Shown here: positions 1 to 10,377 of the stretch, one piece after another
Numbering within the stretch: the stretch's first letter is position 1
Layout of the letters: each line of letters opens with the position of its first letter
From: Azonexus sp.
GTDB lineage: Bacteria > Pseudomonadota > Gammaproteobacteria > Burkholderiales > Rhodocyclaceae
DNA length: 61,410 bases
Assembly (NCBI GenBank): GCA_034004105.1
Contig: JAVEXE010000001.1
Coordinates: forward strand, 1 to 61,410
Direction of reading: 5' to 3'
The notes under the pieces: generated by a model
What the model was told of the DNA's origin: nothing
The model's input: the letters and a program-made list of their open reading frames with translations, nothing else
The model's database searches: none
Translations under genes and position numbers: made by a program

Positions 1-127
1 TCCGCTACTCGCGTTTCTCAAGGGCTTGTAGCGCGGCCACCTATGTCCCGCGAAGTGCATGTACATGCCCGGCCATTGGCGTTTGCATGTGCTGCGGGAC
101 ATAGTCCGGCGCGGGAGATAGTCGAGT
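1..127 (-). mobile_element. End of a repeated mobile element, RIT (recombinase-in-trio)-like, left copy
   Basis: 1-127 is the exact reverse complement of 61284-61410. Read from the junction inward it has CTATCTCCCG and CTATGTCCCG 17 bp apart, plus an inverted copy. It interrupts a tyrosine recombinase gene. Confidence 0.6.
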
Positions 128-915
128 TTCTTGTGGCCGAGCAGGACCTGGATCAGGCGGATATCGACTTTCTGCTCCAAGAGATGCGTGGCAAAGGCGT
201 GGCGCAAGGAATGCATCGACACCCGCTTCTCAATCCCGGCGTTCTCTGCCGCAAAATGAATCGCGCGGTTCAGTTGCCGGGCACTCAAGGGCTCCACTGG
301 ATTCAGGCCGGGAAACAGCCAACCACCGTCGAGCATCTTGCCTTGCGCTCGGGCCACACGCCACCATACCCGCAGGCGTTCCAACAGAATGGGCGAGAGC
401 ATCGCGTAGCGATCCTTCTGACCTTTACCCTGTTCAACGCGCAAGGTCATGCGCTGGCTGTCGATATCGCCGACCTTCAGCGACACGACTTCATTGACAC
501 GCAGTCCCGTGCCATAGGCCAGTGCGAGCGCGGTCTGGTGTTTGAGATTCCGGGCGGCCGCAATCAATCGTCCGACTTCCTCGCGACTGAGGATCACCGG
601 TAGTTTGCGCGGCAGATGGACTGGCTGCATCTTGGCCATCAACTCCGGACTGTCCAGCGTGACGTTGAAGAAGAACTTCAGCCCGCTGATCGCGGAGTTG
701 AGGGATGCTGGCGAGGTTCCCCGATCCACCAGGTGGAGTTGATACCGCCGCAGATCCTCGACGGTGGCGGCATCGGGCGAGCGCCCGAGATACTTCGCAA
801 AATTGCGCACGGCGCGCAGGTAGTCACTTTGGGTTTTGTCGCCAAACTTGCGCATCCGCATGTCGTCCAGCATCCGCTGGCGCAGTGGCGATACAGCAGG
901 CGTTGATGTGTCCAT
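121..915 (-). pseudogene. Tyrosine recombinase (type usually paired with IS91-like transposases), truncated before the catalytic Tyr
   Basis: Not in the ORF track because the frame has no stop before the window edge. ATG at 915 gives MDTSTPAVSPLRQRMLDDMRMRK...YGTGLRVNE...HSLRHAFATHLLEQKVDIRLIQVLLGHKKLD, which then runs into the repeat. Confidence 0.88.
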
Positions 916-1282
916 GGTTCTGCTCCTGTCAGAGAAGAGGCGGATTGCCTCATCTCCAACATGGCATTTACCTTGCCTGGCCACACCACAATTCTTTCAG
1001 CCAACTCCCGCCGTTTGTTACGCGTTACCGCGCGAGCGGTTTAGTCCATGGGTCAGGTCCGGCTGTAGCCCGAGGTGGTGAGCGGTCATTGGCCCACCTT
1101 GGCGGCTAAACAGCCGGTATCCGGCGCATTGCCGCCCGACACCGCCCACCAGGCCAACGGCAACGTCTTGGTTGTTCGGCAGGTTTCAGATGCCAGCCGC
1201 CCTTCAGACGGCCAAATTCCGGATGAAGCGACTGACGGCACAGTAGCAGCTGTATTGGGCTCGACCGTATCGAGTATCGCCG

Positions 1283-2299
1283 TCAGATCATATTCTGCGT
1301 AGGACACCCAAGGAGACTACTGCCAGACCGCCTTTCCCTATGTGTGGCCACAATCGAATTACAGACAGACTCACACTGTCCAGGTGAAAGCCTGGTTGTT
1401 GAGATACCAAGAACTTGCGCCAGGTCGAGCGACACAAGGGTTGACACAACATCAACCGTAAGCCCGCTCATCTCCCCGAGTCTTGCATCTGCATTTGCGA
1501 AAAGTACGATCCGAATAATCCGCACACCTGGTAAGAGGTGGCCAAGCCGGATCTGCAACTGATCGACCGGCTCATTCAGCTGCTGGCTCGGTCCGCGCCC
1601 ACCGCGATCATTGATCGGAGCGCCGTACTCAAGTATTTGACCGACGCGATTACAGCGAACACGCCACCACCGATCTCCCTGGCAATAGATCACGCCGACA
1701 TGGTTCTTGACCTCGAAAGCGAAGACCCCCATCGGACCGATGAGAATTCGGTCAATCTCCCCCTTGTGACTGCGGCAACCGGCGATTAGTGTCCAGTCAT
1801 TATCAAGACGCTCCTGCAGGAAGTCATCCAACTGGCGCTCCCCCTCATGCCCGTAGGCCCAAAGAATCTCATCCCTGCTCGCGGACCGGATCAATGGAGC
1901 GCTTGGTACAGTTGTCTTGCGCAGTGCTTCGCAACCCATAAATGCCTTGATTACCCCGAGTACCTCTCGCTGACGCCAGGCAATGGCTAGCGCATGCCCC
2001 CTTCCCTCGCTCTCTCTTTGTCGTCTCTCGATAGCCAACCTGTATTGCTCGGTTTCTACCGTATAGGCATCCTCGCGTTGCCGTCGTGCCTGTAACGCTT
2101 TGTCCTTTGCATGGATGGACAAAACGATGATCTTGATTGCTCCGCATGCTGATTTCGAGAAAGTTGACTTGGCCACCAGTTGTGATCGATGTTCAGATGC
2201 ATCCTCATGCGGCACATGCGAACGCCTGATGGATGGCATCCATCGCGCCAATAACGCGAAGATCGCCGCCAAGCTGAACAAGGTCACGACAATCGTCAT
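1283..2299 (-). CDS. NERD (nuclease-related domain) protein with N-terminal membrane anchor
   Basis: GEIDRILIGPMGVFAFEVKNHVG is a PD-(D/E)xK NERD motif; the first ~20 aa are hydrophobic. Confidence 0.8.
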   Translation of the reverse strand: MTIVVTLFSLAAIFALLARWMPSIRRSHVPHEDASEHRSQLVAKSTFSKSACGAIKIIVLSIHAKDKALQARRQREDAYTVETEQYRLAIERRQRESEGRGHALAIAWRQREVLGVIKAFMGCEALRKTTVPSAPLIRSASRDEILWAYGHEGERQLDDFLQERLDNDWTLIAGCRSHKGEIDRILIGPMGVFAFEVKNHVGVIYCQGDRWWRVRCNRVGQILEYGAPINDRGGRGPSQQLNEPVDQLQIRLGHLLPGVRIIRIVLFANADARLGEMSGLTVDVVSTLVSLDLAQVLGISTTRLSPGQCESVCNSIVATHRERRSGSSLLGCPTQNMI

Positions 2300-2312
2300 T
2301 GGAACGCCCCTG

Positions 2313-3164
2313 CTAACTTACCTGGTGAATCAGGCGACCACCCGCATATGTGGGTAGCTTCGGAACAATTCGGTTGTAATCCGAATCGCGCATAGCCGTC
2401 ACCATCACCAACCCGAACCATTCCCGCCTGACGATGAACACGTTCATGGAATCTGCGTGGTACAGCGCCAAAGTGTCTTGTCCATATTTTCTGACGATGC
2501 GTTGCCATTCGGATCTCGGGATATCGACCTGACGAGATTGCGGAACAATCGTCTCAAGTATTCGCCAGGCACGCGTCCATTTCAGGTCTGGCACATCAAC
2601 CAACACCTGACCTGCCGTGATCTGCTCGGCAGCGACAAATCTCTCAACAAAACGGTTGAGTGCATGACGGCTCACCACAATATCGCCTGCATAACTTTTG
2701 ATTGACGCCATGGGCGGATCATCCAGTACGATTTCATAATTCTGCACAACCCTTGGCTGATTCAATTCCCACCTGCCCGGGGTTACTACCGAGATGCTGG
2801 CTTCGAAGAACTTGGTCGCAAGAAACTGGGAAAAAAGCGCTACGTGGGGTTTGTCAGTGCGTCCAGCGGCATCCCTCTTCAGCGTTCCCTTGGCAACAGC
2901 TTTCCTGATTGCGCCACAGGATGCCTCGAGGGCGAGTCCATTACCTAGCCGGTTTGTTCCCTGAACCTGAACAACGCAAAGCAGATGATGGATTGCGCCA
3001 AGTTCGGCCAGAATTACTTGATCGTCAGAATACTTGGCATTCACCCTGGTGGTAATCGTCCCCCCGGAAGATGGCATATTGGCGTTACCTCTTCGCCACT
3101 TCCATTGAGTCGCGAATTGGCCATCATCTTCGGCACAGGTACTTACTGAAAGCGTGTCCATCAT
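2313..3164 (-). CDS. Hypothetical protein, candidate toxin (possible RNase H-like N-terminus, HAxxRxxER C-terminal motif)
   Basis: ORF 2313..3206; the ATG at 3164 overlaps the upstream stop (ATGA). Motifs AELGAIHHLL and SRHALNRFVER. Confidence 0.55.
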   Translation of the reverse strand: MMDTLSVSTCAEDDGQFATQWKWRRGNANMPSSGGTITTRVNAKYSDDQVILAELGAIHHLLCVVQVQGTNRLGNGLALEASCGAIRKAVAKGTLKRDAAGRTDKPHVALFSQFLATKFFEASISVVTPGRWELNQPRVVQNYEIVLDDPPMASIKSYAGDIVVSRHALNRFVERFVAAEQITAGQVLVDVPDLKWTRAWRILETIVPQSRQVDIPRSEWQRIVRKYGQDTLALYHADSMNVFIVRREWFGLVMVTAMRDSDYNRIVPKLPTYAGGRLIHQVS

Positions 3165-3412
3165 GCCAGCACTTTTTTCTTCACTTTGCTCATGGCAGAC
3201 TTCCACGCGCGTGTATCCGTGGCACCTTCCAACAACGCCTTGGCTTCTGCCGGGGTCAGTTCGATCGTCAATCGTGAACTGGCATGGCGAATTCGTATCT
3301 CGCCCGATACGGCTGCCACCTCAAGCTCATCATCTCCCTTGAAACCGGCACGATTCAATAGCTGCTTACTGAACGTTGTTCCCAGGGAATTACCTATGCG
3401 ACGTAATTTCAA
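3161..3412 (-). CDS. AbrB/MazE/SpoVT-family DNA-binding protein (antitoxin-like)
   Basis: KLRRIGNSLGTTFSKQLLNRAGFKGDDELEV...GEIRI is the swapped-hairpin signature. Confidence 0.8.
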   Translation of the reverse strand: MKLRRIGNSLGTTFSKQLLNRAGFKGDDELEVAAVSGEIRIRHASSRLTIELTPAEAKALLEGATDTRAWKSAMSKVKKKVLA

Positions 3413-3510
3413 CGGTTACCCCGATATCCCAGTATCTACTCTCGCCCGAGCGATAACGGTGAGGCATAGCGTATTGCTCGCCTCGACCGCTCACCCTGGC
3501 CCTTAACCGA

Positions 3511-3550
3511 TCTTGACAAATCAAGATTACGTGATTACCTTGTAACTACA
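3511..3550 (+). promoter_or_regulatory. Putative promoter/operator between the divergent abrB-like and eex-like genes
   Basis: TTGACA at 3513-3518 lies inside the palindrome TCTTGA-caaa-TCAAGA. Confidence 0.4.
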
Positions 3551-3566
3551 TCACAGAATACCGCAA

Positions 3567-4004
3567 ATGGACATAAGTATGAATCAGATGATTTTCTGGC
3601 TTGCCGTGTTTGGGAACCTCGTGCTTGTCTATTACGCCATCAAATCAGGACTTCAGGCCCTTGGATGCTTCGCAAGAGATGAGGCTTCGTCAGGCTTCAA
3701 CAAGCTATCGCTCGCCTGCGTCCTACTTGCGCTAGCCGCCCTATTCCCCGTGTCACTCATAAGTGGTGATAGGGAATCCGGAAAGATTGGTCTGACCGTT
3801 TGTCTCCTCACGCCCTTTGTCGTAGCCGTCTTCAAGCTCTGGTCATCCAAACCAATCATCGCCAGACCATCCTTGTCCGTATCGGAGGCAACATCACGCC
3901 AACAACCGCAAATGGTCATCACCCCTGCACCGATAGGCGGGCTATTTCCGTCCGACGACCTGAGCAATCCCGCCAATCCGCTTTGGCCTGGCCATCATTC
4001 CTGA
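3567..4004 (+). CDS. Putative entry-exclusion inner-membrane protein (Eex-like)
   Basis: 145 aa with three hydrophobic segments and a Pro-rich tail. It is convergent with traG (3-bp gap), the position and size of eex in SXT/R391-type elements. Confidence 0.55.
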   Translation: MDISMNQMIFWLAVFGNLVLVYYAIKSGLQALGCFARDEASSGFNKLSLACVLLALAALFPVSLISGDRESGKIGLTVCLLTPFVVAVFKLWSSKPIIARPSLSVSEATSRQQPQMVITPAPIGGLFPSDDLSNPANPLWPGHHS

Positions 4005-4007
4005 GTG

Positions 4008-7000
4008 CTACCGGTTGCTCGGTGGCGGAGTCTCTCCGCTACCGCCTGTTTCCCCCCCCGCTGCGCCACTATCGCGGATGGGGAGTTGCCCCGACTTCGA
4101 CTGGGTACCCAAAAGACTTCCCACCGTTGACTCACCAAGTGCCCAGGATCCACTCAGCACATCACCGGCCCCACTTGGAGCCTTGACCTCAGCATCGCCA
4201 TCTGGTGGCGCCATGCCCGATGTTGGAGACTGACTCGGCCCAAAGACTTCGCTGACCTTTGTTTCGCCATAAGCAACCGTTTTGTCGAGAGCATCATTGA
4301 TGACAATTCCTGCCTGAGCGGCAGTCTGCATCACTGGATCGCGAGGTTGGCCAGCTTGAGCTCGATCCGCTCCCGCTTCCGCAACAGCAGATCCAGGACT
4401 TCCGATGCTGGTGTTGACGCCAGGTAGCGTCTCCATCATCGAACGAGATAGCCCGTCCGGCATAACCTGACCAACGGCATTCGTCGCGGCCAGTCCGAGG
4501 AGTGCTTGCGAGCCTGGTGCGGTCCGATTAGCCACGCTTTGTTCGAGAGGACTTCCTTGAGTCTCGACTACTGCCCTTCCAGTTGAAATACTCCGGCCAG
4601 CCTCTGCCTGAGAAGCTGACACCTGTTGCGGAATGATGCTTGTTACACCCTTGTCGGGATCGACGCCAGCCCTGATTGCAGTCCCTTTGACCTGTCCGAG
4701 CCATTCGTCTCCCCTACTTGCGATGGCTCCGGCTGAAGGCAGCCCTGCCCTGCCCTGATTGAATAGCGCCTGCACATCCTCAACAGACTTAACCTCCCCA
4801 ACACCTGCTGACAGGTTCGGTTCGATGCGATCCTTGAAGAATCGCTCGACAAATGGCGTCAGCAGCTCCGGGTTTTTCTCCGCGATCTGCGCAACGGTGG
4901 CAGCATCGAAGTTCCGTCCGAGGAGATCCTGATTGTTGCGCTGGGTGCTCATCCAATCGTTGAACTGCCGGATCATTCCCGTTTCCCAGGCACCCGAATT
5001 CTCGCGTGCACGCGATGCTGCTTCCTTCAGTGCAACTGATTTCTGGTGGCTGGATGAGGCTTGATCGGTATGCTGTTCTGATCGATCGAAGCTGGCCCGG
5101 ATACCTGCGGCGGATCGCGTACTGGATTCATCAGTCGCCCCAAAAGTCGATTCACGTGATGCGCGCCGCACCTTATCGACCGACTCGGAAAACCCGGATT
5201 CCTTCGCGTAGCTCTTCGCCGATTCGAGCAGCTGCTTTGCAGTTGCTTCAGAAGTACCTGCAACCTGTGCAGCCGCCTTGACGCTGACAGGCGAAACCAG
5301 ATCAAGCGCCTTGGGATTCTGAGCTGCCATTTCCGCCATGCCCAGAATCCTGGCTGACTGAGATTGGTCAATACCGTGTTTGCTTGCGAAGCTGTCTATG
5401 GTCTTTTGGGCCTGGCTCACAGCCTGTGTGAAGCCGGACTGGTCGCTGATTCCAGAACGGGTTCCAGCCTGATCCGCCCTGGAATGCCCGCGAGCATAAT
5501 CAGCAGACTGCTGAATGGCGGCAGCAATAGAAGTTGCTCCTGAGACGATGTTCCCGACTGCGGCTGTTTCTGCAACTTCCGATTGCTGTTGCAGCGCGCC
5601 TGAGATGCGGGTCCCGGTATTGAGCTTGAGATTCATCTTGTGCTGCATGGCTGATGCATCTGCCGCTATCGTGCCATCACCAAACGTGGTTGTACTGACA
5701 CCGCTTTGTCCGACATCGGTGCGGACAGTTGCGCCAGTGCGCACAGTCGGTGCCATGTTGTACTGACCGGCGGTAATCTGATCGCTTCTAACCGTGTTGT
5801 CGAGGAAGCGCCCCCCCGATGCGCCGGCGCCTTGTGTCGACGATGCAATTGCCGACGAGGCGGCATGAAGCGTTCCTTGAACCAGTCCCCAGGCGATAAC
5901 AGGAATCGACAAGGTTAGGTAAGCAGCCACGTTCATATCGTCAATTGCCGTCGATCCAAGCCAATTGGTCAGACTGCAAGATAGATAGCTATCGGTATTC
6001 GCGGCAACCATGGAGCCGATGGCGCCCTTGCTCTTGATATTCATCATGTAGTTCATGACCGCATACAGCGGCGGCCAAAGCTGAACCCACAACAGAGTCC
6101 CAAGATAGCCTTTCAGAAAGGTCCCGGCATATTGCCCTGCGACAACAATCATGATGACGACAATGGGAAAAACAGCATAGGCCATCATCTCGATTGCGTT
6201 CCTAAACTTCGGCATACCGCTCATTGCGACCGAATAGGCGGTCGAGGTGGTGGCCTTGTAACTACGTATCCCAGCCGCTGTAGCTGTAGCCTGTTGAACC
6301 TGTGCGGAGTCCCCCATTTGGGCTGCCACACGAGCTGGTGCATCAATGATGTAGTTACACATTGCACCTTGCCTGATCTGATCTAGCACAGGCGTTGCCG
6401 ATGCCGTTGGCGCAAAGAACTGCTGCGTGTTTCCCAGTGCGTTGGCGAATGATGCTCTGGCTGCTGCCAAGGATATTTCCGGATACAAGCCCTGTGCTTT
6501 GAGCCCCAGAACAACATTCGAATCGGTGTTGATTTGCGCTGTCAGTGCAGCATAGGCATTGGGGCAGCTGACTGTGGAAGTCACGGATGGATCGGTGTAA
6601 TCGGCAATCGTCACCAGAAGGCCGGGGTTGGTATTGGCGAAGGTCTGCCAGATGTTCTCAGTCTTGGCCAGGTTGTCTGGATTGATGGCGCCTGCAGCAA
6701 GATCCGGAATCACACATTCCCGATAGAACTCATCGAGGTTGCGCATCAGGACCGGGCTTGCAAATTGGGATCCGAGCCGTTCGAGCATGACTCGATGACC
6801 AAACAGCGTTCCGGTCTTTCTAAGTTGCACATCATCGGGTAACGAAAATACTGTCTCGAATGCCGTCGTCAGCCAGTCGCCGATCTTGCTTGTTCCATGA
6901 GCGAGCGCCGCGAGACCGATCGGGACGTTCGCCACGACCTGAGCTGGATTTGTGCCGGTGCGATCGACGATCATTACGTTGCTCTTCGGTACGAGCAGCA

Positions 7001-7214
7001 TGCCGTGCATCAATGCCAGCATGATGACCCAGCGCCAGAAGTCTTCCTGTTTGCTTTTTCCGGCAAGAACGGCCAATACCAACCCGATCATCATTACCAG
7101 GGCCAGTGTGCGCAACAGGCCATTGAAGTCCCCGCTGCCCGTGATCGCGGCAATTGCATTGAACACGTTGACCAGTTCGAGCGTGTTCCAGTAAGCATAG
7201 ATCTCGAAGTTCAC
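4008..7214 (-). CDS. traG: Mating-pair stabilisation protein TraG
   Basis: 1068 aa; N-terminal membrane domain (VFNAIAAI, VANVPIGLA, LLWVQLWPPLYAVMN) and a long polar C-terminus; follows traH. Confidence 0.93.
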   Translation of the reverse strand: MNFEIYAYWNTLELVNVFNAIAAITGSGDFNGLLRTLALVMMIGLVLAVLAGKSKQEDFWRWVIMLALMHGMLLVPKSNVMIVDRTGTNPAQVVANVPIGLAALAHGTSKIGDWLTTAFETVFSLPDDVQLRKTGTLFGHRVMLERLGSQFASPVLMRNLDEFYRECVIPDLAAGAINPDNLAKTENIWQTFANTNPGLLVTIADYTDPSVTSTVSCPNAYAALTAQINTDSNVVLGLKAQGLYPEISLAAARASFANALGNTQQFFAPTASATPVLDQIRQGAMCNYIIDAPARVAAQMGDSAQVQQATATAAGIRSYKATTSTAYSVAMSGMPKFRNAIEMMAYAVFPIVVIMIVVAGQYAGTFLKGYLGTLLWVQLWPPLYAVMNYMMNIKSKGAIGSMVAANTDSYLSCSLTNWLGSTAIDDMNVAAYLTLSIPVIAWGLVQGTLHAASSAIASSTQGAGASGGRFLDNTVRSDQITAGQYNMAPTVRTGATVRTDVGQSGVSTTTFGDGTIAADASAMQHKMNLKLNTGTRISGALQQQSEVAETAAVGNIVSGATSIAAAIQQSADYARGHSRADQAGTRSGISDQSGFTQAVSQAQKTIDSFASKHGIDQSQSARILGMAEMAAQNPKALDLVSPVSVKAAAQVAGTSEATAKQLLESAKSYAKESGFSESVDKVRRASRESTFGATDESSTRSAAGIRASFDRSEQHTDQASSSHQKSVALKEAASRARENSGAWETGMIRQFNDWMSTQRNNQDLLGRNFDAATVAQIAEKNPELLTPFVERFFKDRIEPNLSAGVGEVKSVEDVQALFNQGRAGLPSAGAIASRGDEWLGQVKGTAIRAGVDPDKGVTSIIPQQVSASQAEAGRSISTGRAVVETQGSPLEQSVANRTAPGSQALLGLAATNAVGQVMPDGLSRSMMETLPGVNTSIGSPGSAVAEAGADRAQAGQPRDPVMQTAAQAGIVINDALDKTVAYGETKVSEVFGPSQSPTSGMAPPDGDAEVKAPSGAGDVLSGSWALGESTVGSLLGTQSKSGQLPIRDSGAAGGETGGSGETPPPSNR

Positions 7215-7254
7215 TGACAGTACCTAACTTTGCTTCATTGACTGCCAAGTCGCA

Positions 7255-8679
7255 TCAGCGATTGAATGCAAGCAGCGATTTCTGCACATCCACCGGGAGT
7301 GATCGCATCATGGTTTCATGTAACCACTGCGTCGTTTTCTGCAACTCGGCCATGGCCACCGCCTGCTGGAACTTGGCCATGTACTCCGAGACTGCCAGTT
7401 GCCGAACGCTCGCAATCTGCTCATTCAGACTCGCACTGGCCTGAACGATGTCCTGAGACTGGGCCGCAGAATTGTTTGCAAGCGCCTTCTGTAGCGTACG
7501 TACCATCTCGGTGAACCAGTTGTAGGCAAGCTCCACAGCAACGGTCTGGGAGTAGTTGTTTGTTAGCAGAACCGGTCCTCCACGACTCATGGCAGCGACG
7601 TTGGCCAGCCGCCAGACGGGAATCGACGAATTCATATACACGGCATAATCGATACCGCTGAAACTTTGTCCTTGACGGTTCTGGATATTGTTTGTGGCCT
7701 TCTCCATGGTCTGCCGAACGTGCCAGGACAAGGAGGAAACCGACTGATTGGGTTCGGCGGTAGGGTTCATGCAGTCAGGATCGGTGCCGCACTTGAGCAA
7801 GGTGACATCATTCTTTGTCTGCGTTTCGGGGTTGCCGACAAAGTCGCTGAACTTGATGCCTGTCGGCCCGACATAGCGCCAAAGCGGTTTATCGCCGTTT
7901 TCGTTTCCGGTAGCCCCTGTGGGGATGATGATGATCGTCCCGACCATGCTCATCATCAGTTCCTTGAGTTCATCGGGCGTATCGGTCTTTTGCAGGGCCT
8001 TCCAGACGACATTGCCTGGCTCGAGAATTTCCTTCAGGTTTGCATCCGCATTCGCGGCTTGCTGGCGCGCCTGCTTCTTGGATGCTTTATCCTGACGCCA
8101 ACTATCGAATGACTGAAAACTGTCCGGCCACAGATTCGAGAGCAGGGATCCGGTTCCCTGGGCATTCGCTTGTTCCTTCTTGTCGGAGAGCATGGGCCCC
8201 AACGTGGCTGTCACGATGCCTTCGGCCATCTGACATGAATTCATGTTCATGTTGTTGATCTTCGATGCCTGATCCTGAAGGTACTGAAGCAGATCTGCAA
8301 GATCGGGCGAGACTGACTTGACCGCCATCATGAAAGCGTAGCCCACCGCATTGTTTGCGATGTTGCGCAGCAACGCCGTCAGCTGCTCAGAATTGATGAA
8401 AGAGAAGGAGCCGGCAAACAGATCGATACCACCGCAGCCTGCGCGAATCGAAGGTGGAGTGATCGACGCCATCTGGTAGTTGCGGATCGGGGTGCGCATG
8501 TACATGCTGCCACCGGTATAAACCGTTCCGGTCTGTCCGCTGATGACCTGCGCGCCAGTCACATTGCCGTAGGCACCCATCTCGTTGAACCACCCCTGCA
8601 TCTGGGTCTGGATGCTGGCCATGGACGAGGTGCTGAATGTGATGGCCAGTGCGCCAGCAACAAGTCGATTTCTACGCAT
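7255..8679 (-). CDS. traH: Pilus assembly protein TraH
   Basis: PSIRAGCGGIDLFAGSFSFIN and NMNSCQMA motifs; signal peptide from the ATG at 8679. Confidence 0.93.
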   Translation of the reverse strand: MRRNRLVAGALAITFSTSSMASIQTQMQGWFNEMGAYGNVTGAQVISGQTGTVYTGGSMYMRTPIRNYQMASITPPSIRAGCGGIDLFAGSFSFINSEQLTALLRNIANNAVGYAFMMAVKSVSPDLADLLQYLQDQASKINNMNMNSCQMAEGIVTATLGPMLSDKKEQANAQGTGSLLSNLWPDSFQSFDSWRQDKASKKQARQQAANADANLKEILEPGNVVWKALQKTDTPDELKELMMSMVGTIIIIPTGATGNENGDKPLWRYVGPTGIKFSDFVGNPETQTKNDVTLLKCGTDPDCMNPTAEPNQSVSSLSWHVRQTMEKATNNIQNRQGQSFSGIDYAVYMNSSIPVWRLANVAAMSRGGPVLLTNNYSQTVAVELAYNWFTEMVRTLQKALANNSAAQSQDIVQASASLNEQIASVRQLAVSEYMAKFQQAVAMAELQKTTQWLHETMMRSLPVDVQKSLLAFNR

Positions 8680-8771
8680 TGAAGCTCTCTCCAACGCACA
8701 GATCAGGAACAATATTTACCTTTCCACCCTCTGCGCGTACAATTTGAATGCGTACAGTCCAGGAGTTACCC

Positions 8772-9574
<803 letters not shown>

Positions 9575-9591
9575 ATAAGAGGGGGGCATTC

Positions 9592-10377
9592 TCAGTAGAG
9601 CTCCCCTGGTTGCGTGCTGGTCAGCACATAGATGCGCTCCATGACATCTTGAGCAGAGATCACACCGGAGCTTAGCGGTATGAGTCGCTTGTCCTTGACG
9701 TTGCCTAGAACCAGCATGGGCACCTGGCGAATCCCGAGTTTCTGCACCATGCCGTTATCGCGTTGCGGGTTCGGGTATTCGGGCAACACCCCGCCATCCA
9801 CGCTGACAGGAAATACGGTGATGCCATAGGTTTCACTCAGGAACTTGAGTGTTGGAGAGAGCCTGTGGCAGTAAGGGCAGTCCGAGCGAAAGAAAAAGAA
9901 AATGCCCCATTCCCTGGTGACTTCATCCAGAGTCCGTCTTTCTTCCGACTTGCGGGTACTGGTGTAGGTCGCGATGGCGGCATTGTTCGCCGGCCGCTTC
10001 AGCTCATAATTCAGATCCGGGTTCTGCCAGACGACGCGCCGCCAGACATCCGAATACAACGAGGCTGTTTGCGTAAGCAGTTCCTGGGCTTCAATGTAGG
10101 CTTTCACGTTTTCCGGTGTCGGCTCCAAGATTGAAAGAGCGCGTTTTGCCTTGAGATCCTTTTGCCATGCCTCCAGACGCTCAACAGCCTCCTCTTCACG
10201 CGTTTTCGGCCTGCTTGATTGCTGCTCGGGGTCAACATCGCAATACCAGTTGAACTTGGATTGGTCGCATAGCCATGCAGTCGGGTAGTCGAGTCCGGCA
10301 GTTGCCGTCGGACTGGCCAATGGGGTGCCAAGTGGCATCGCAAGCAGCAATCCCGTCAGGATCTCCCGATGCATCAT
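9592..10377 (-). CDS. traF: Conjugal transfer protein TraF (thioredoxin-like)
   Basis: FNWYCD, ILEPTPENVKAY, FFFRSDCPYCH, PVSVDG; the ATG at 10377 overlaps the trbI stop. Confidence 0.9.
   Translation of the reverse strand: MMHREILTGLLLAMPLGTPLASPTATAGLDYPTAWLCDQSKFNWYCDVDPEQQSSRPKTREEEAVERLEAWQKDLKAKRALSILEPTPENVKAYIEAQELLTQTASLYSDVWRRVVWQNPDLNYELKRPANNAAIATYTSTRKSEERRTLDEVTREWGIFFFFRSDCPYCHRLSPTLKFLSETYGITVFPVSVDGGVLPEYPNPQRDNGMVQKLGIRQVPMLVLGNVKDKRLIPLSSGVISAQDVMERIYVLTSTQPGELY

Noticed and set aside
43-906. Plus-strand ORFs 43..603 and 616..906
   Set aside because: Antisense shadows of the minus-strand tyrosine recombinase.
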